A DNA stretch of 64,000 nt from Toensbergia leucococca (Eukaryota): contig JALDZS010000044.1 of assembly GCA_022813965.1 (NCBI GenBank), positions 1 through 64,000 of the forward strand, in the 5' to 3' direction. Below are positions 38,738-51,853 of the stretch, piece by piece; position 1 is the stretch's first letter, and each line of letters starts with the position of its first letter. The position numbers were made by a program, and so were the translations under genes. The notes under the pieces are model-generated. The model was not told the DNA's origin, did not search any database, and was given only the letters and a program-made list of their open reading frames with translations.

Positions 38738-39726
38738 ATTGAGCAGGAGTGCTCTAAAATGCCATTTCCACACAGTCTTCATAAAAGATGAAATTCCGTT
38801 GCAATTCTATCCTCGTAGGACTCGCAGCGCAAGCCCTCAGAAAGTAGAGCAATCAAAATCCCTCCATCCCCGACCTCTCTTTCCCCGCAAACCCACTAAT
38901 TCTATTCTCCACTCCTCTCTCTCCTTTCCAGAGTCTCTCCAATTCTCTAGTAAGCCTCACCCCCTCCCGGAAACTCCTCAAACACCCAATCCCATTTCCC
39001 TCAAGGCGCAAGATTACTTACTTTTTAACCCTGATCTTCAAAACCCTGAAGAAATAAATAAACAACAACAACACACTCTAATTTTTTAATGACGCCTTTT
39101 ATCCCCTACCACTTGCACTTGCACTTTCATGAACATGGGACATTGATTGCTGACTTCGTATGTGTGCTGAGAGAACTGTAGGATCCTGGACGGGATTTGC
39201 TACTCCTTTGGCTTTGAGAGTATCTGCGTGCTATGTGTCAGGTTGTGTGATGTGTGGTCCTGTAATAGTAATAATTACTCTAGTGTGGTCGTGCCATGGT
39301 TAAGTCTTATTTACTTCGAGTGTTTCTAGAATCAAGGATTGGGAGTGTCAACCATGGATGATAGATGACTTGCATACGACCTGGGTCACACTCTTCACTT
39401 TATACGTATGATATTGGAGCAACGATACAGAATATGTGTAGAGATTGTGTGTCTTAACAATGCGTCTTAGTACAAGACATCATGCCCGGCGGAAGACTGT
39501 TTTGACTTGAAGATAGTGTGTGCCATAACCTCTAGAACAAGCCGAATTCATCAATACTTTCCCGCTGATGGCAAATCATAACTCCGATGAAGCCAACATA
39601 CGCTTCCACTACCCATACGCCTGAAGCACTATTCCTTCCTAAAGCACTACCCTCCTGGAGCTTTGTCCCTCCTTATGCAACATCGCTCCTTCCGACCGCT
39701 AAAATCTAGATCATTCCACCAAAAGC

Positions 39727-42089
39727 TCAAAATGATACAAACGCCTCTGGTGGGAGGTTGGCCTAAGCACTGATTAGCAACAAAGTACGCCTAGCCCGGG
39801 AAAATACATCCAACAAACCTTTGCCGCTTGAAATGCAACAGCCGCACCCTCGAGGCTCCACCCACTCTGCTCCAAGCACATCCCCGAAAACTCCAATGTC
39901 ATGCCCGTTTGATTACTAAGCTCCATCGCTAGAACCTCCTTCTGCAGCAGCTCCTCTGATTTGCCCGGTACGGCAACACCAAAACCGTCAGGCATTGCAA
40001 GCTGTCTCGGCAACTGCGATTGAGAAGACTGCATGGCAGGAGGCTCTCCAGAATCAGGGATCCAAGCTTCGGATCCGCCGTATGCCCTTAGAACAAGCAT
40101 ATCGTTGGCGACCCGGATGCCTCCAACTCCTCTGCCCGGCCCTAGGACGAATGTTCTGTCGAAACTTCGGATGGTGGTCGATTTGTTAGTCGAAACGTCG
40201 ATCTCAAGAAATTCGCCGTGTAGCATGACAATTAGCCCACCAACCCCACTAGGTGATTGCTCATTTGGGTCTGGTAGACCTGGGACAGAATGGCACTCGA
40301 TATTCCATTTCTGTGGTTCGGCAAGTAGGTCTGGGTGGCGTGTATTCGGTAGAGTGAGCCAGACGTCTCGGATACTATCTACACCAGTGTACATGCGTGC
40401 CATTTTAGCAGGTAAATGCGTTACCCTAACTAGGTTCCGGCTCTTTTTGATATAGGACTCCCAGCTCACAGCCTTGGAATTCGTAGATTCTGGCGCTCGC
40501 GGCGCAGATACGTTAACGCTTAGTGAGAACGACGACTGAGAATCATAGTAGCCTGCCGCAAGCGCGGTGCGGTCGGAGTCGAAAGCTGGGAAAAATTGTT
40601 TGACGAAATTCTCGCCAATGGAAGCCTCGTCACGAAAGCTGGCGGGGAGGACTGGTAGTGGGAATTTACCTTTTGCGGTAGCTGTGACTTCTTCGTCGGA
40701 CCTGACTTGTGTCGTATTGAGCGTCCGTAGCGTAGGATACCATTTCAATATTTCTGCTACGTAATCCGGGACCTCTGTAACGAGGGGATTCTCACTCAGG
40801 ACAAGGTGGTCAAGATGCTTGAACTTCCAACGCCACCCCGCTAGTGACTCGAGGTTTTTGAATTTGTTGTTGGAAAGGTCGAGGTTCTTCAGTGCAGGGA
40901 ATGTCTGGGAGAGGGCGGAAACGGAAGCGATACTGTCAAGAGCATTGTTGGCTAAGGTGACGCTCATGACTGCTTCGGCCTTTTGTTGTGCACCACCAAA
41001 GATCTCATCACATACTTTCATGAGTGCGGGAAAGAACTTGGATCCCCTCGAGCTGGTTTGGAACAAGCCAAGGTTGACCAATTCTGGGTCGTTCCCGAGG
41101 AAAGATAGGTTCAATAGCTTGAGCTCCCTGCTGTATCGTTGACCAAGTATAGATGTTATCTTAGCCTTCAAATCCATGGTATCATCAGAGGTCTTCAGGT
41201 TTTCTTTGTTGTCCAAACGAGACGCATTTCCTGCGCTCATCTCGATGTTGAGAACCGCCCCAGCAAATGAAAAACCGTTGAGTCTCATTATACTTGGCGT
41301 GTCTTCAGGCCTCACAGAAATGATTAGAGCGTCACCCTCAGGATGTGACTATACAACGTTAGCAAGGTATATAAACCTTGAAGTTGCAAGTCAACCATAA
41401 GCGGTAGCAGCAAGGCTCGAAGGTCTCGGTCGTCGTTCTGGATAATTGGCTTGAAACGAGAGCGGACCGGAGAGGGCGAGATTGCGGACACGCCGGTGAC
41501 CGGGAAACTGTGATGTCAAACATACCTTTTCTATTCTTATCAATGGAGCATTTGGTGCAGTAGCCTTCCGTTCTAGAAATGAAAGAAGAATTTTGATGCC
41601 ACCATCAGGATTCGAGACCGCTTTGCTTTCCTTCAAGCCTCTCACGACAATCTGGTCATATCCATCTCTTCTCCCGCGACCTCGGCCTTTGAGCGTGCCC
41701 TGTTCTGAAATCCCCACCGGTCGTAGGCCACGCCGGGGTTCTCGGATTATAGCGTCGCCAGAATTCACGCCACGTAAAATTGCCTGCTGCATCGCGGTAG
41801 TGTTCAAGCTGACTCCTCCTCGGCGTTTTGATCGAGTATCATGACTAGAGTTGGGATCGCCATTTGTCTGTGTTTGTGGTGTGGCTCGGCCACGGATACC
41901 AAAGCCTCTGCCGCTACCTCGTCCTGCATCCATAACCAAGTCACCATCTTTATCAGTTCGAGGGGTATCTGCGCGTCTTTTCTGTATACCGCCACGATCT
42001 GAAGGACGAGTGGTTCGTGGGACTCGAGTGGGCCCAGGACGTCGTGAGGCTCTGGGGCCCGTTGGCGGGGCTGGGGCCTGTTCGAGCAT
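39727..42089 (-). CDS. MEX67: mRNA export factor Mex67 (RRM-like, LRR, NTF2-like, UBA), 3 exons
   Basis: Arg/Gly-rich N-terminus, LRR (LKNLDLSNN), NTF2-like (RSFDRTFVLGPG) and TAP-C (TGMTLEFSGMCLEQSGW...ANLPPEAF). Introns 41349-41525 and ~39763-39818. Confidence 0.95.
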
Positions 42090-42703
42090 TGCAGCAATGA
42101 AGACTTTGATTCAGCACAATCGATCGGTGTTGGATGATGTTGATATTTGCGTGAAGAAAAAGAGGTGTTGAAAGACTTTAGCAGCGTTCATCCATAACCT
42201 GTTCGCGGTTGGAATATGTCGCAAGGTTGAAAAGGCTAAGAGCAAACAAAGCTCTTGCCAAGGGAGCCTAACGAATAGCAGTAATCTTAAAAAGGTTGAC
42301 ACATCGGCTATCCGTAGATGTGCGTATGTAAAGAACAAAGCTGTCTGTTGAAGATGAAGAGTGAAGTTGTCCGGAAAAGTGAACTGAAGGACGGGTATGA
42401 TTCATACGCTAAACCTATCTGGTGTATCGCGGCATCGGTGCTATCCCGTAGCCTCTTTGGGGACTAGCGCTTCCGATAGATTGAAGAAGTGTCCTGAATT
42501 TCAAGCTGAACTATGATCGATACTCGTCAATGATCGACTATCACCAAGCAGTAGAAGCGGCTTTCCCATGACGCTCCAAGAATCTTTTCCATGTCCTGTT
42601 CTGTGCTGTCTCTCAATTTCCACTGTCTGAGCTGAGAAAAAAGCTACCATCCTTTGGTTCTTCGCGCGTTGTGATTGGGGATCCCAGGTCACCTTGAGAG
42701 ACA

Positions 42704-44182
42704 ATGCCCCCTAAATCTCGGTTCACGCGTCTGGACGCTTTCACAAAGACGGTTGAAGATGCGCGAATACGAACGACGTCTGGCGGGATAGTCACAATAG
42801 CTTCACTGCTCATTGTGTTGTACCTGATCTGGGGAGAATGGTCAGATTATAGGCGCATAAACGTGCATCCAGAGTTAATAGTTGACAAGGGACGGGGTAC
42901 GTATGGAAAGACATATATCAAGCTGAATAATTAGTGACCAAAGCTTGATAGGGGAGAAAATGGAGATCCACCTAAATATCTCCTTCCCTCGGATTCCCTG
43001 CGAGCTACTTACCTTAGACGTCATGGACGTATCTGGTGAGCAACAGACAGGTGTCATGCACGGTGTAAGCAAGGTCAGGCTGGCTCCTGTGAAAGAAGGC
43101 GGCCACGCCATTGATGTGACAGCTTTGGACCTGTACGTGGGACTGGACCCTAGTATTTTGAAATAGATACTCACGATGCACAGTCATTCAGATGATGATA
43201 TAGCCTCACATCTGGATCCAACGTACTGCGGTGGTTGTTATGGTGCACCTTCACCCCCGAATGCGAAGAAGCAGGGGTGTTGTAATACCTGCGATGAAGT
43301 GAGAGAAGCGTATGCATCCGTATCATGGGCATTTGGACGAGGAGAAAACGTCGAGCAGTGTGAGCGAGAACATTACGGAGAACGTCTCGATTCGCAACGT
43401 CAAGAAGGATGTCGAATAGAGGGTGGACTAAGGGTGAACAAGGTCATTGGTAATTTCCATATAGCGCCAGGTCGGAGTTTCAGCAACGGCAACATGCATG
43501 TACACGACCTGAATAATTATTTCGAAAGTCCGGTAGAAGGCGGACACACATTTACTCATACTGTACACCATCTACGTTTTGGACCGCAGTTACCAGAGCA
43601 GTTGACGAAACAGCTGGGAAGCAAAGCAGCGTCTTGGACAAATCATCATCTTAACCCATTGGATGAAACAGATCAAGCTACCAATGAGCCGGCATACAAT
43701 TACATGTACTTTGTCAAGGTAGTTTCAACCTCATACCTACCCCTCGGCTGGCAGTCCAAGGACCTTACGGGTAGTCAAGACGAAATTTCTCATGAGCGAA
43801 TTCCAATAGGAGCCCATGGATACGGAGGGGATGGAAGCATTGAGACCCACCAATATTCTGTGACAAGCCACAAGAGAAGCTTGACAGGAGGTACAGATGC
43901 CCAGGACGGGCACAAGGAAAGACTGCACGCGAGGGGCGGTATCCCTGGGGTTTTCTTTTCCTATGTACGTGCCTCGATAGTAGATCTAGCCCCGGTTTTC
44001 GCTAACTGGAGCAGGATATATCACCAATGAAAGTCGTCAATCGAGAAGAACGAACAAAGACATTCGCTGGATTCCTGACGGGTGTCTGTGCCATTGTCGG
44101 AGGCACGCTTACCGTTGCTGCGGCAATAGATCGAGGAGTGTATGAGGGCGCCATGAGGGTCAAAAAGTTGCACCAAAGGTGA
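42704..44182 (+). CDS. ERV46: ER-Golgi cycling protein Erv46/ERGIC3 (4 exons)
   Basis: RLDAFTKT, CGGCYGA, CCNTCDEVREAY, EGCRIEGGLRVNKVIGNFHIAPG, PGVFFSYDISPMK, C-terminal TM and KKLHQR. Confidence 0.96.
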
Positions 44183-44724
44183 CATTGTACATTATGGATA
44201 TTTTCAAACTAGTTTCTTGAATCTACTTGAACCGCCTCATTTTGAAAAAACGAAGTAAAGAGTCAAAGATACTGACATAGGTCTCACGAAATACGGAAAT
44301 ATTTTGAACGGGCTTTTGGGTCTACAAAGGATTCCATATCAACTAAGGCAGGCACCACAAAGTTGCTACAATTTACGGTGGTAGCCTTATTAGAGTAACC
44401 GCTTCTGTTCTCAGATACGAAGGGCTTTTGGCCAAACCGATAGGTATCAGATCTGATAATGAATGGAGAACGGTATGTCTACAAGAATGGGGGTCGTCAA
44501 GTGAGTACCTCCATGTCATGATCAATCAAATATTACACCAGATGAGACCGAGGAGACCTTTAAAGTGCTTACAGCCAGCTGCGCAAGCTCTTTCGGTACC
44601 AAGTAGAAACCGGATACTCACAAATAGAGCATCTCCCACTGATAGTGAGGCAACATGCCAGTACCATTTTAGTTGTTGATGAAATGATAAGAGGCTTAGG
44701 ATCTACACTTTTCCAACACGTTTA

Positions 44725-45781
44725 TCAAGATGCTTCGGCCTCTGCTTTGACCTGATCCACTTTCTTTTCCAGGTCCGCCCCCACTGCTCTTTCCAACACG
44801 CGCACAAACGCTTTTCGCCTCTTTTCTTCCTCGTCTCCAGCATTTATATCTCCTGTTTCCAACTTCTCCCAATTCTCGTCAATTAGTATCCGCAACCCCT
44901 TGGCAGTATTAGGCAGACCAAGCTTCTCCGCGGCCGCCAAGGTGCGTTGGTCCGCGAATGGATACGATTTCGGCCAAACCCCTTGCATTCTCCGAAAAAA
45001 GATGTCCAAGCCCGTTTTCCCGAGGCCCTTGATGTTCTTCTGGAGCATCTCTCTCTCCTAATTCTCCAATTAACAAATCCAATTTTTGATCAATTAAGAG
45101 TTGCGCTGCGGCTACCTTTTCAACATCATAGCCCGACTCTCTCCTTACCCTTTCTAACGAAACATCTTCCTCCCCATCCCCCAGAACGTCTACAACAGCA
45201 TCAGCCAATATCCCTAGCTCTTCAGCCGTTTTCTGCCGATGCTGCGTCCTCGCCTCATCCAGTGCTTTACGCCTCCTCTCATGCCCCGCTCCTCGAATCT
45301 TCCCCGGCGTACAGAAGTCATAAGGCTTATTAAGAATCGTCCGAATTGTTCTCAGACCCAGCGCGTGGCTGATCGGTCGGCTGAGCACGACGGCGCAGAC
45401 TAATTCTTCGAAAGGACTGAAGGCGGACGAGGAATAGGTCCTGAGATCCGGGCCTCGGGCTTTGAGATCTTCCACCTCGTCGTGCGGTCGGCAGAGATCG
45501 AGTGCGGATGGCGATAGTAGGAATTGGAGCGTCTTTACCTGGTCGGTAGGGGTTGGCTGAGCTCCACGGGCTGAGCGCCGCGGTGCTTTGGAGGGGGCAT
45601 CGGTGGTTTGGCGTTTGCGCTTTGAGGGCACCGTGGCTGAGGAGCTACTGGTGGCTTCTGGCTCGTTTTTCTGGGTTCCGTTGTTCTGCAAGTCATCTTC
45701 GGTGGCAATGGATGGATCTTGGTGGCCATTTTGGTCGGAATTTGCGCCGGCTTTGGTGGCTTTGGATTTCTTGGGCGGCAT
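44725..45781 (-). CDS. Uncharacterised protein with a helix-hairpin-helix (DNA glycosylase/endonuclease III-like) motif
   Basis: Intron 45058-45115 joins two ORFs. PFEELVCAVVLSRPIS and IKGLGKTGLDIFFRRMQGVWP; basic N-terminal extension. Confidence 0.6.
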
Positions 45782-46716
45782 CGTGGTTGTATTTCGAATT
45801 GGACGGCGGTTTGGATATCACATCACAGACTTCCGAAAGGAGTGGCTTAAATTGGTTCGATTCTCAAGCAGTAAGGTAGAGATGTGTCTGCTATTCATCA
45901 CTTATGGGATGATGATGATATCACTGAGGCGTTGTCTTCTACAGAACCCCTGCCCATTTTTGAAACTCAATCCTCCGTACACCTGCATTAGCCCTGTTCG
46001 GCAATCTCTCTTCTCGAGGGCACACCCGCGATCGCATAGGTGCCGCCCTAGCGTATGCGGAAGCATCAGCAAATCCATGGCGATTGGCACCTGCCTACTG
46101 TTGGCCCGAACTCCATGGCGAAGATTTTGTTGCGAAACTTTCAGCGTCATTTCTCAACTGGCAGTTTGTACTACGTTGCCTCGTTGCCAGCACATCACCC
46201 GTGGAACTTTTAGAGCACCTCTTCGCGTTGTGTATCATTTGTTCTCACCAACCGAGAGCCAAGTGAAGTGCAATGCAGTATCGAATGTTCTTGCAAAGAT
46301 GAAAATTAATATTGTGTTCAGTCGGGGCCAAGTCCTGGAATCTGAAATCTGAAATTCGGATGAAAGCAGTGCTAGAGGGGAAAGTTAGAAACTTGAGGCC
46401 AGGAACAGAACTTGAAGTAGAAGCTTTGACATCAACAAATATGAAAAGATTTTAGACTTTATTGCTGTCAACCCGCTTAAAGCTTCTTATTTCTCGACTT
46501 ATCGAGCATGTTTTTGAACCATGGACATTGTGTTGTAAGATTTACCTGATTCGGGAGGCATTCATCGAGTCCTGTGTATTGTACCTTCATAGTTTGGATT
46601 GACAGCAGGTTCAGTACGGTCAAAACTCATTGCTAATGTGCTATGAATGCCAAACTGATGCTATGAATGTACACTATCCAACACCACAAAAAACCTTAAT
46701 CCCATCTTTACCGAAG

Positions 46717-48885
46717 CTATATGTCTAAGCTTGGTGTCTGGCCTTTGACACGCCCGATGACAATGCTGGCGGCATACTTGGGGATGACCTCGTCGTCATG
46801 GAGCATTTCGAATTCTGTGTTCCTGTTAGCTTCCTTCTCTGTCCATTTCGTCGAGAAATGTAATATACCTTCACTCGCATCCTTACCCATGTGCGAGAAT
46901 AGTGCTTGTGGACCACCGGGATGCTCGTCCAGCCAGTTCGTCACGTCTAGAACACAACCCTTCACGACGATCCATAGATCGTCCTTCTTGTTGTGCTTCT
47001 CGACTTCTTCCATTGAGTACTCCGTCTCGGGAACTTTGAAGTCAGCGGGATCTGTTGGCTTGGAGACTTTACCAGGATCGCTGCTATCGGCTTTGTCACC
47101 TTTCATCACTGGAGCGGCCGACTTTTGGCTCTGCTGGTCTTGCGCTGTTGATCCCGAGCTAGCCTCTCCGCTATTACCCCATTCTACCGAGATCTTGCCG
47201 GGTGTAGCAGGGTCAATGTGGAGCGAGATTTGGCCCAATCGTTGTGCAGCAGACGAGACGCCACCGGTGAGTAGTTTCTGGAAAAGATACTGACTCGCGG
47301 AATCACCAGCGACACGTCCGTAAACAACACATCCAAGTAGAGATGAACCACCCAGTCTGTTAGCGCCATGTACACCGCCGGCAAGCTCACCACAAGCATA
47401 TAATCCATCAAATGGTGTACCCTCGGCATTTAGAACCTGTGCTTTGTCGTTGATCTCAATTCCACCCATAGTGAAATGCAAAACCGGTTCCATAATTGCA
47501 ACATGGAAATCATCATCGATATCGAATGGAAGATTGTGAAAGAATTTCTTGCCGAATGGGTCCTTCTTCTTCCCGTCTGCAATGGCATTGTAATCAGTGA
47601 ACGTCTTCTGTAGAGCGCTCTCGGAAATCCCCATATCCTTTGCCAATTGCTTGCCATTCATCTTCTTCATAAGTCCACGGCCAGAGTAGTGACGTGTGTG
47701 GAAGTCGAGAACATTCGAAGCCTTGGAGTTGAGAACAAGGCGGATGGGCCACTTCTTGGCCTCCTTCTCCTTCCACATCTCTCCTGAGACATAGTCACGG
47801 TGACCGAGTTCATCTGCGAAGCGCTGGCCCTCGCCGTTTAGAAGGAGGCCGCCTTCACCGCGAAGGGCTAGATGGCGGTTAGCAATGGAGTATCATGATT
47901 TCAGAGAGAACGCTGACCCTCAGCAGCTAAGAATTTCCACTTAGACCCTGGGTCCTTGGGATCCACCAGTCCTGTAGGATGTACTTGGACCTTGTCAAGG
48001 TCGATACCCTGTGCACCAATCTCCATCAGCATTTTTAGTCCATCCCCAGTAGCATGTGTCCCATTAGTACTAGCTAAATCGAATGTATCAGGTCTGTGTT
48101 TCTTGAGCAGCGAAGTTTCCGTGAAATCGGCTGCATAGCCCCCGGTAGCCAAAATAACAATGCCGTCTACGGAGTTCTTTTCGCCGTTGAACTCATAAGA
48201 TACACCGGTGACATTGTTCCCTTCCTTGTTGACTGAAGTAACGCGGGCCTTTTTAATGATTTGGATACGCTCTGGTTCGCTCTCGACCAGTTCCTCCAAA
48301 CGCTGCATCAAGGCATAGGTGATAGCCATACCAGGGAATTTGGCATCGTGTCCTCGGTGAGTCCGCGGTTGAGAGTGACCACTACGACAGTGTAAGCTTG
48401 TGAAATTTGAGATCTCATAGTATCAACATACCCCAGTCGCGACACAAGGGTAAGATCCAAACCGAATACGTCTTGAAGCCATTCCACCGCTGCCGCAGAC
48501 TTGTATGTGAGGACCTTGATCAAGTCCGGCCGGGCTTTGTCTCTCGCTGACTTGAGGGTATCGTCATAGAATTGTTTCACGCTGTCTGCAATCTTTTCGT
48601 CGATTTGCGTTTTCGTAAGAGCAGCGTTGATGCCTGAAGTGGCCTTCGTCGAATTTCCTCCGAAGAAGTCTAGGAGGCGTCATTGTTTACTTTCTCTCAG
48701 ACACTTGGAGGGAGGAACACTGGACATACTGTTCTTGTCTAGTAATATGACGTTGCCACCGGCCAGATAAATAGTATGTGCGGCACTCAAGCCAGATACT
48801 ATGCTTGACTCAATCTCGAATTCCAAGCGATTCGGAAGGATGATTACTTACGTCCCCCGCCAACAACAATGACTCGTGGTGCCAT
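46717..48885 (-). CDS. OSM1: Flavoprotein fumarate reductase (Osm1/Frd1 family) with C-terminal cytochrome b5 domain (6 exons)
   Basis: VIVVGGGLSGL, GGNSTKATSGIN, QVHPTG, AEALRGEGG, HFTMGG, GGVHGANRLGGSSL and b5 heme motif HPGG. Confidence 0.93.
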
Positions 48886-49730
48886 TATGGATTGAAGTAG
48901 TATGATCTAGATGCAAAACTGCCCCTGTGTGCTTGGTGAGGAATGAAAGAAAAGTATATAGGAGAGGTCTTTTAAAGACGTTGTAACGTTATGTGGTGGT
49001 CCGAGGATGAATTTGAATGCGGAGTGATGCCGAGGTCAACGGAGCTCCCTTGCTATCGGCAAAACGGCAATAAGAATGGGGATTGCAGACTGATGTTAAT
49101 GGTTAGAGGTGTGTGGAATACCTTTTAAGATGCTGAGGTCAAATGAACAGGAGGTATGTTAATCAAGTGTTGATATATTGAATAGGTACGCTCGAGATTC
49201 CAAACTTACCTACTACATTTGGCATGTGAACCACCCGAGGCACCCATCGCATCCGGGCCTTAATTAGCGCATGCACAAAGGTTTGGAAAACTTCCAAATT
49301 GAGAATCCAACAACACACCCCCTCACCCCGCAATTAGTAGGCACGCGGTGCAAACTGAATACCGGAGATTCTAAGTGAGGGGTCACCTAATATTTCCGGG
49401 TTTCGCTATGCACCGCGTGGTAGGGTTAAAATTGAGTCCTCTTCACCCTGTTCTGCAGGCAGCCATTCAGAGGGGTACACTTACACGCAGAGTGGCCAAT
49501 CATTAAATCAGAATAATGCCTTAAATATGAAATGTACAGATGCATTTAAGGCAATTTGTGCTTACCTATCGTGCCTATGTCCCACTAAAACGCGGGGTTA
49601 TCCCGATTTCCGCCAATCAGCGACATCACATCTTACCCCCGAGTGGCGCTAAAATCTACGTCATCACGTTATATGTATCATTTTTGACGCCGATGAACAT
49701 ACACACTGACTTTTTTGTTACTATCAAATC

Positions 49731-50445
49731 ATGAAATACTCCATTATCCTCTTTACTCTTTCTGCTGGAGTGTATGTTTCTCTAGTGAACTCTCAGCTTG
49801 TCTTACCGGATTTCTTCAGGAAGGCCGTCTCCCTCCTTGACTCAGCCTCTAAAAACCAAGCACCTATGATGAACACACCCAACATCGCCCTGCCTCCCTC
49901 TGACAACAGCGACGGCCCGTCCGGCGCTTCTGACGATGTCATAATATCGGACGTGATTGGGAAAGAGCGAGTTATAAACATCTTTGCCGGATTCACACGA
50001 GATATTGAGACAATTTCGAAGCGCCTAGATGACAATACACAAAACACAACGGTTTTGGCTCCGCTGAACTCCGAAATCCAAAATCTACCTAGAAAGCCAT
50101 GGGAAAGTCCTAGAGATTACGAAACCTTAGGAGAGAGTGCATATGATGGGACTGGGGGAGAAGACAGGGCACATAATAACCTAAGAAGATTCGTTGAGGC
50201 ACATACAGTACCGGTCAGTCCATGGAAGGAAGGAGAAAAGGTGGAGTCGATTGGTGGCAGAAAGGTGTGGTGGGAGAGTAAGGAAGGCAAGAAAACTGTA
50301 CTCTTCAGTGTTTGTCCACGTATTCTTCAAAGATATTACTAATCTGCTAAAGGTCCAACCCGGCGATGTTGAAGTTTCGAGTGTTGCGAGTCGTGTCTCT
50401 AATGGAGAGGTCTGGATCATTAAAGGCGTATTGAACTATGCATGA
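49731..50445 (+). CDS. Secreted small FAS1 (fasciclin) domain protein (2 exons)
   Basis: Signal peptide, TVLAPLNS, LPRKPWE, NLRRFVEAH and NGEVWIIKGVL. Intron 50298-50352. Confidence 0.88.
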
Positions 50446-50930
50446 CGACTGGAGTGGGAGGAGGTGTTCAGGGATCCGGCCGTGGAACTGCAATAGGGGT
50501 TTGAACTTGAACTTCGGCGTCAAAGGTCCATTTTTTATGTCATGATAAGATGTTGTACATTCTGTTCGGTCAGCGGAAGTCTCGATGACATGACTCGGTA
50601 TTATGATCCAAGGGTGAATATGTTCGCTATTGCAGACCACTATTTCGGTCATCACTCACTTGTAACCTTCGTAAAACAAGGACGATCCGTGCATGTGCGT
50701 TTAGAGGTTGACAAGGCAACTCTGGGGCATTCTGAATACCATTGAACACAACATCCAAAAGCCAGCATTTATGCAATTTTCTGAATATCTGTAAATCATT
50801 GAAAATGGCTTGTACTCCCGAGACTCCATACCCTAATAGGAATATCTTTCGTCTACATGACGAATTTTGATTTTGATGATCAGGCACTTCGTTCTGCTCT
50901 TGAAAGCACAACATCTTGCGTACAATTTCA

Positions 50931-51853
50931 TTATTTATAGAGCAAAACAGCTGAGCTCTGGCCGCGATTCAAATCAGAGTAAAGCTGTCTCGCTGTGGAC
51001 TTTGGTTGCCAGTCCATTCCATTCTTAGGATAGTGTGGCGCCCAGCACCAGGTACATATTACTACCACCTTGGTCTCGAATTCCAAAGGCGTTCCACAGT
51101 CGCAGAGCTCGCTTGAACATCTCTTTCCTGATCTATCTGTATACTCAAGGATTCCTCTATTCCGATACATAGTATGTGGTCTCCAAAAGGCATTTTCTTT
51201 AGTCCGACAATCCCAACAAATATTTCTCTCTTTTCTCCCAGCTTTCAAGTACCCGATCTTGGAACATTCACATCTTGTCCCCGGACGGAGATCAGGCGCT
51301 GCTTCAAGAGGACACATTCGAATTATAGGACAACCTTTGTCATAGCAAGCAGTACAGACGCGTAGAAAGCGTCGAGCAGGATCAATGTCCCTGGGTTCAA
51401 TGCATCGTGATCGGGGCTGGGGCCATGTCCCTGAGGTGTTTGTGAGCTAGTCATAGACAACTTTCCTGATGAGGGTTTTGCAAACTTACTTTCAGCCTCA
51501 CATTTGCTGCTTAAATGGACATCGTGCGGCTCCAGCAAGATCTTTCTCGGCTTTTCTGATAGCGGGGACGCCTGTGGGCTTATTGGTGTTACTTGGGCGC
51601 CATCACATGTCCAAAGCTCTTTTTGACACTTAGGGCAAGCTACGTTCTGTGCTGCAGCGCGACGATACTCCTTAAAGCTTGGTTGAATGTACTCATTACA
51701 GAGCTTGGACAGCACCGTAAGTGAGGCAAGGTCTGCTGGTTTTAGATAAGATGATAAAGCTCTTGCGATTGGCGGCCTGAAGAGTAACGTGGAAAGCTTG
51801 ATAGGATCGTCATCATGAGCAGCCATTGTGGATGTAAGAGCAGTTCTCCGCAT
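50931..51853 (-). CDS. Hypothetical protein with F-box-like N-terminus and Cys-rich C-terminus (at least 2 exons)
   Basis: Phase-1 intron 51431-51489 joins the two ORFs in frame. LSSYLKPADLASLTVLSK is F-box-like; CPKC, CTAC, CWDC and CTWC pairs follow. Confidence 0.55.

Noticed and set aside
45840..45865. tRNA-like A and B boxes (TGGCTTAAATTGG, GGTTCGATTC)
   Set aside because: The boxes overlap and no cloverleaf can be built.
51317..51489. Apparent frameshift or pseudogene between ORFs 51323-51853 and 50931-51317
   Set aside because: A canonical GTAAGT...CAG intron (51431-51489) restores the frame.
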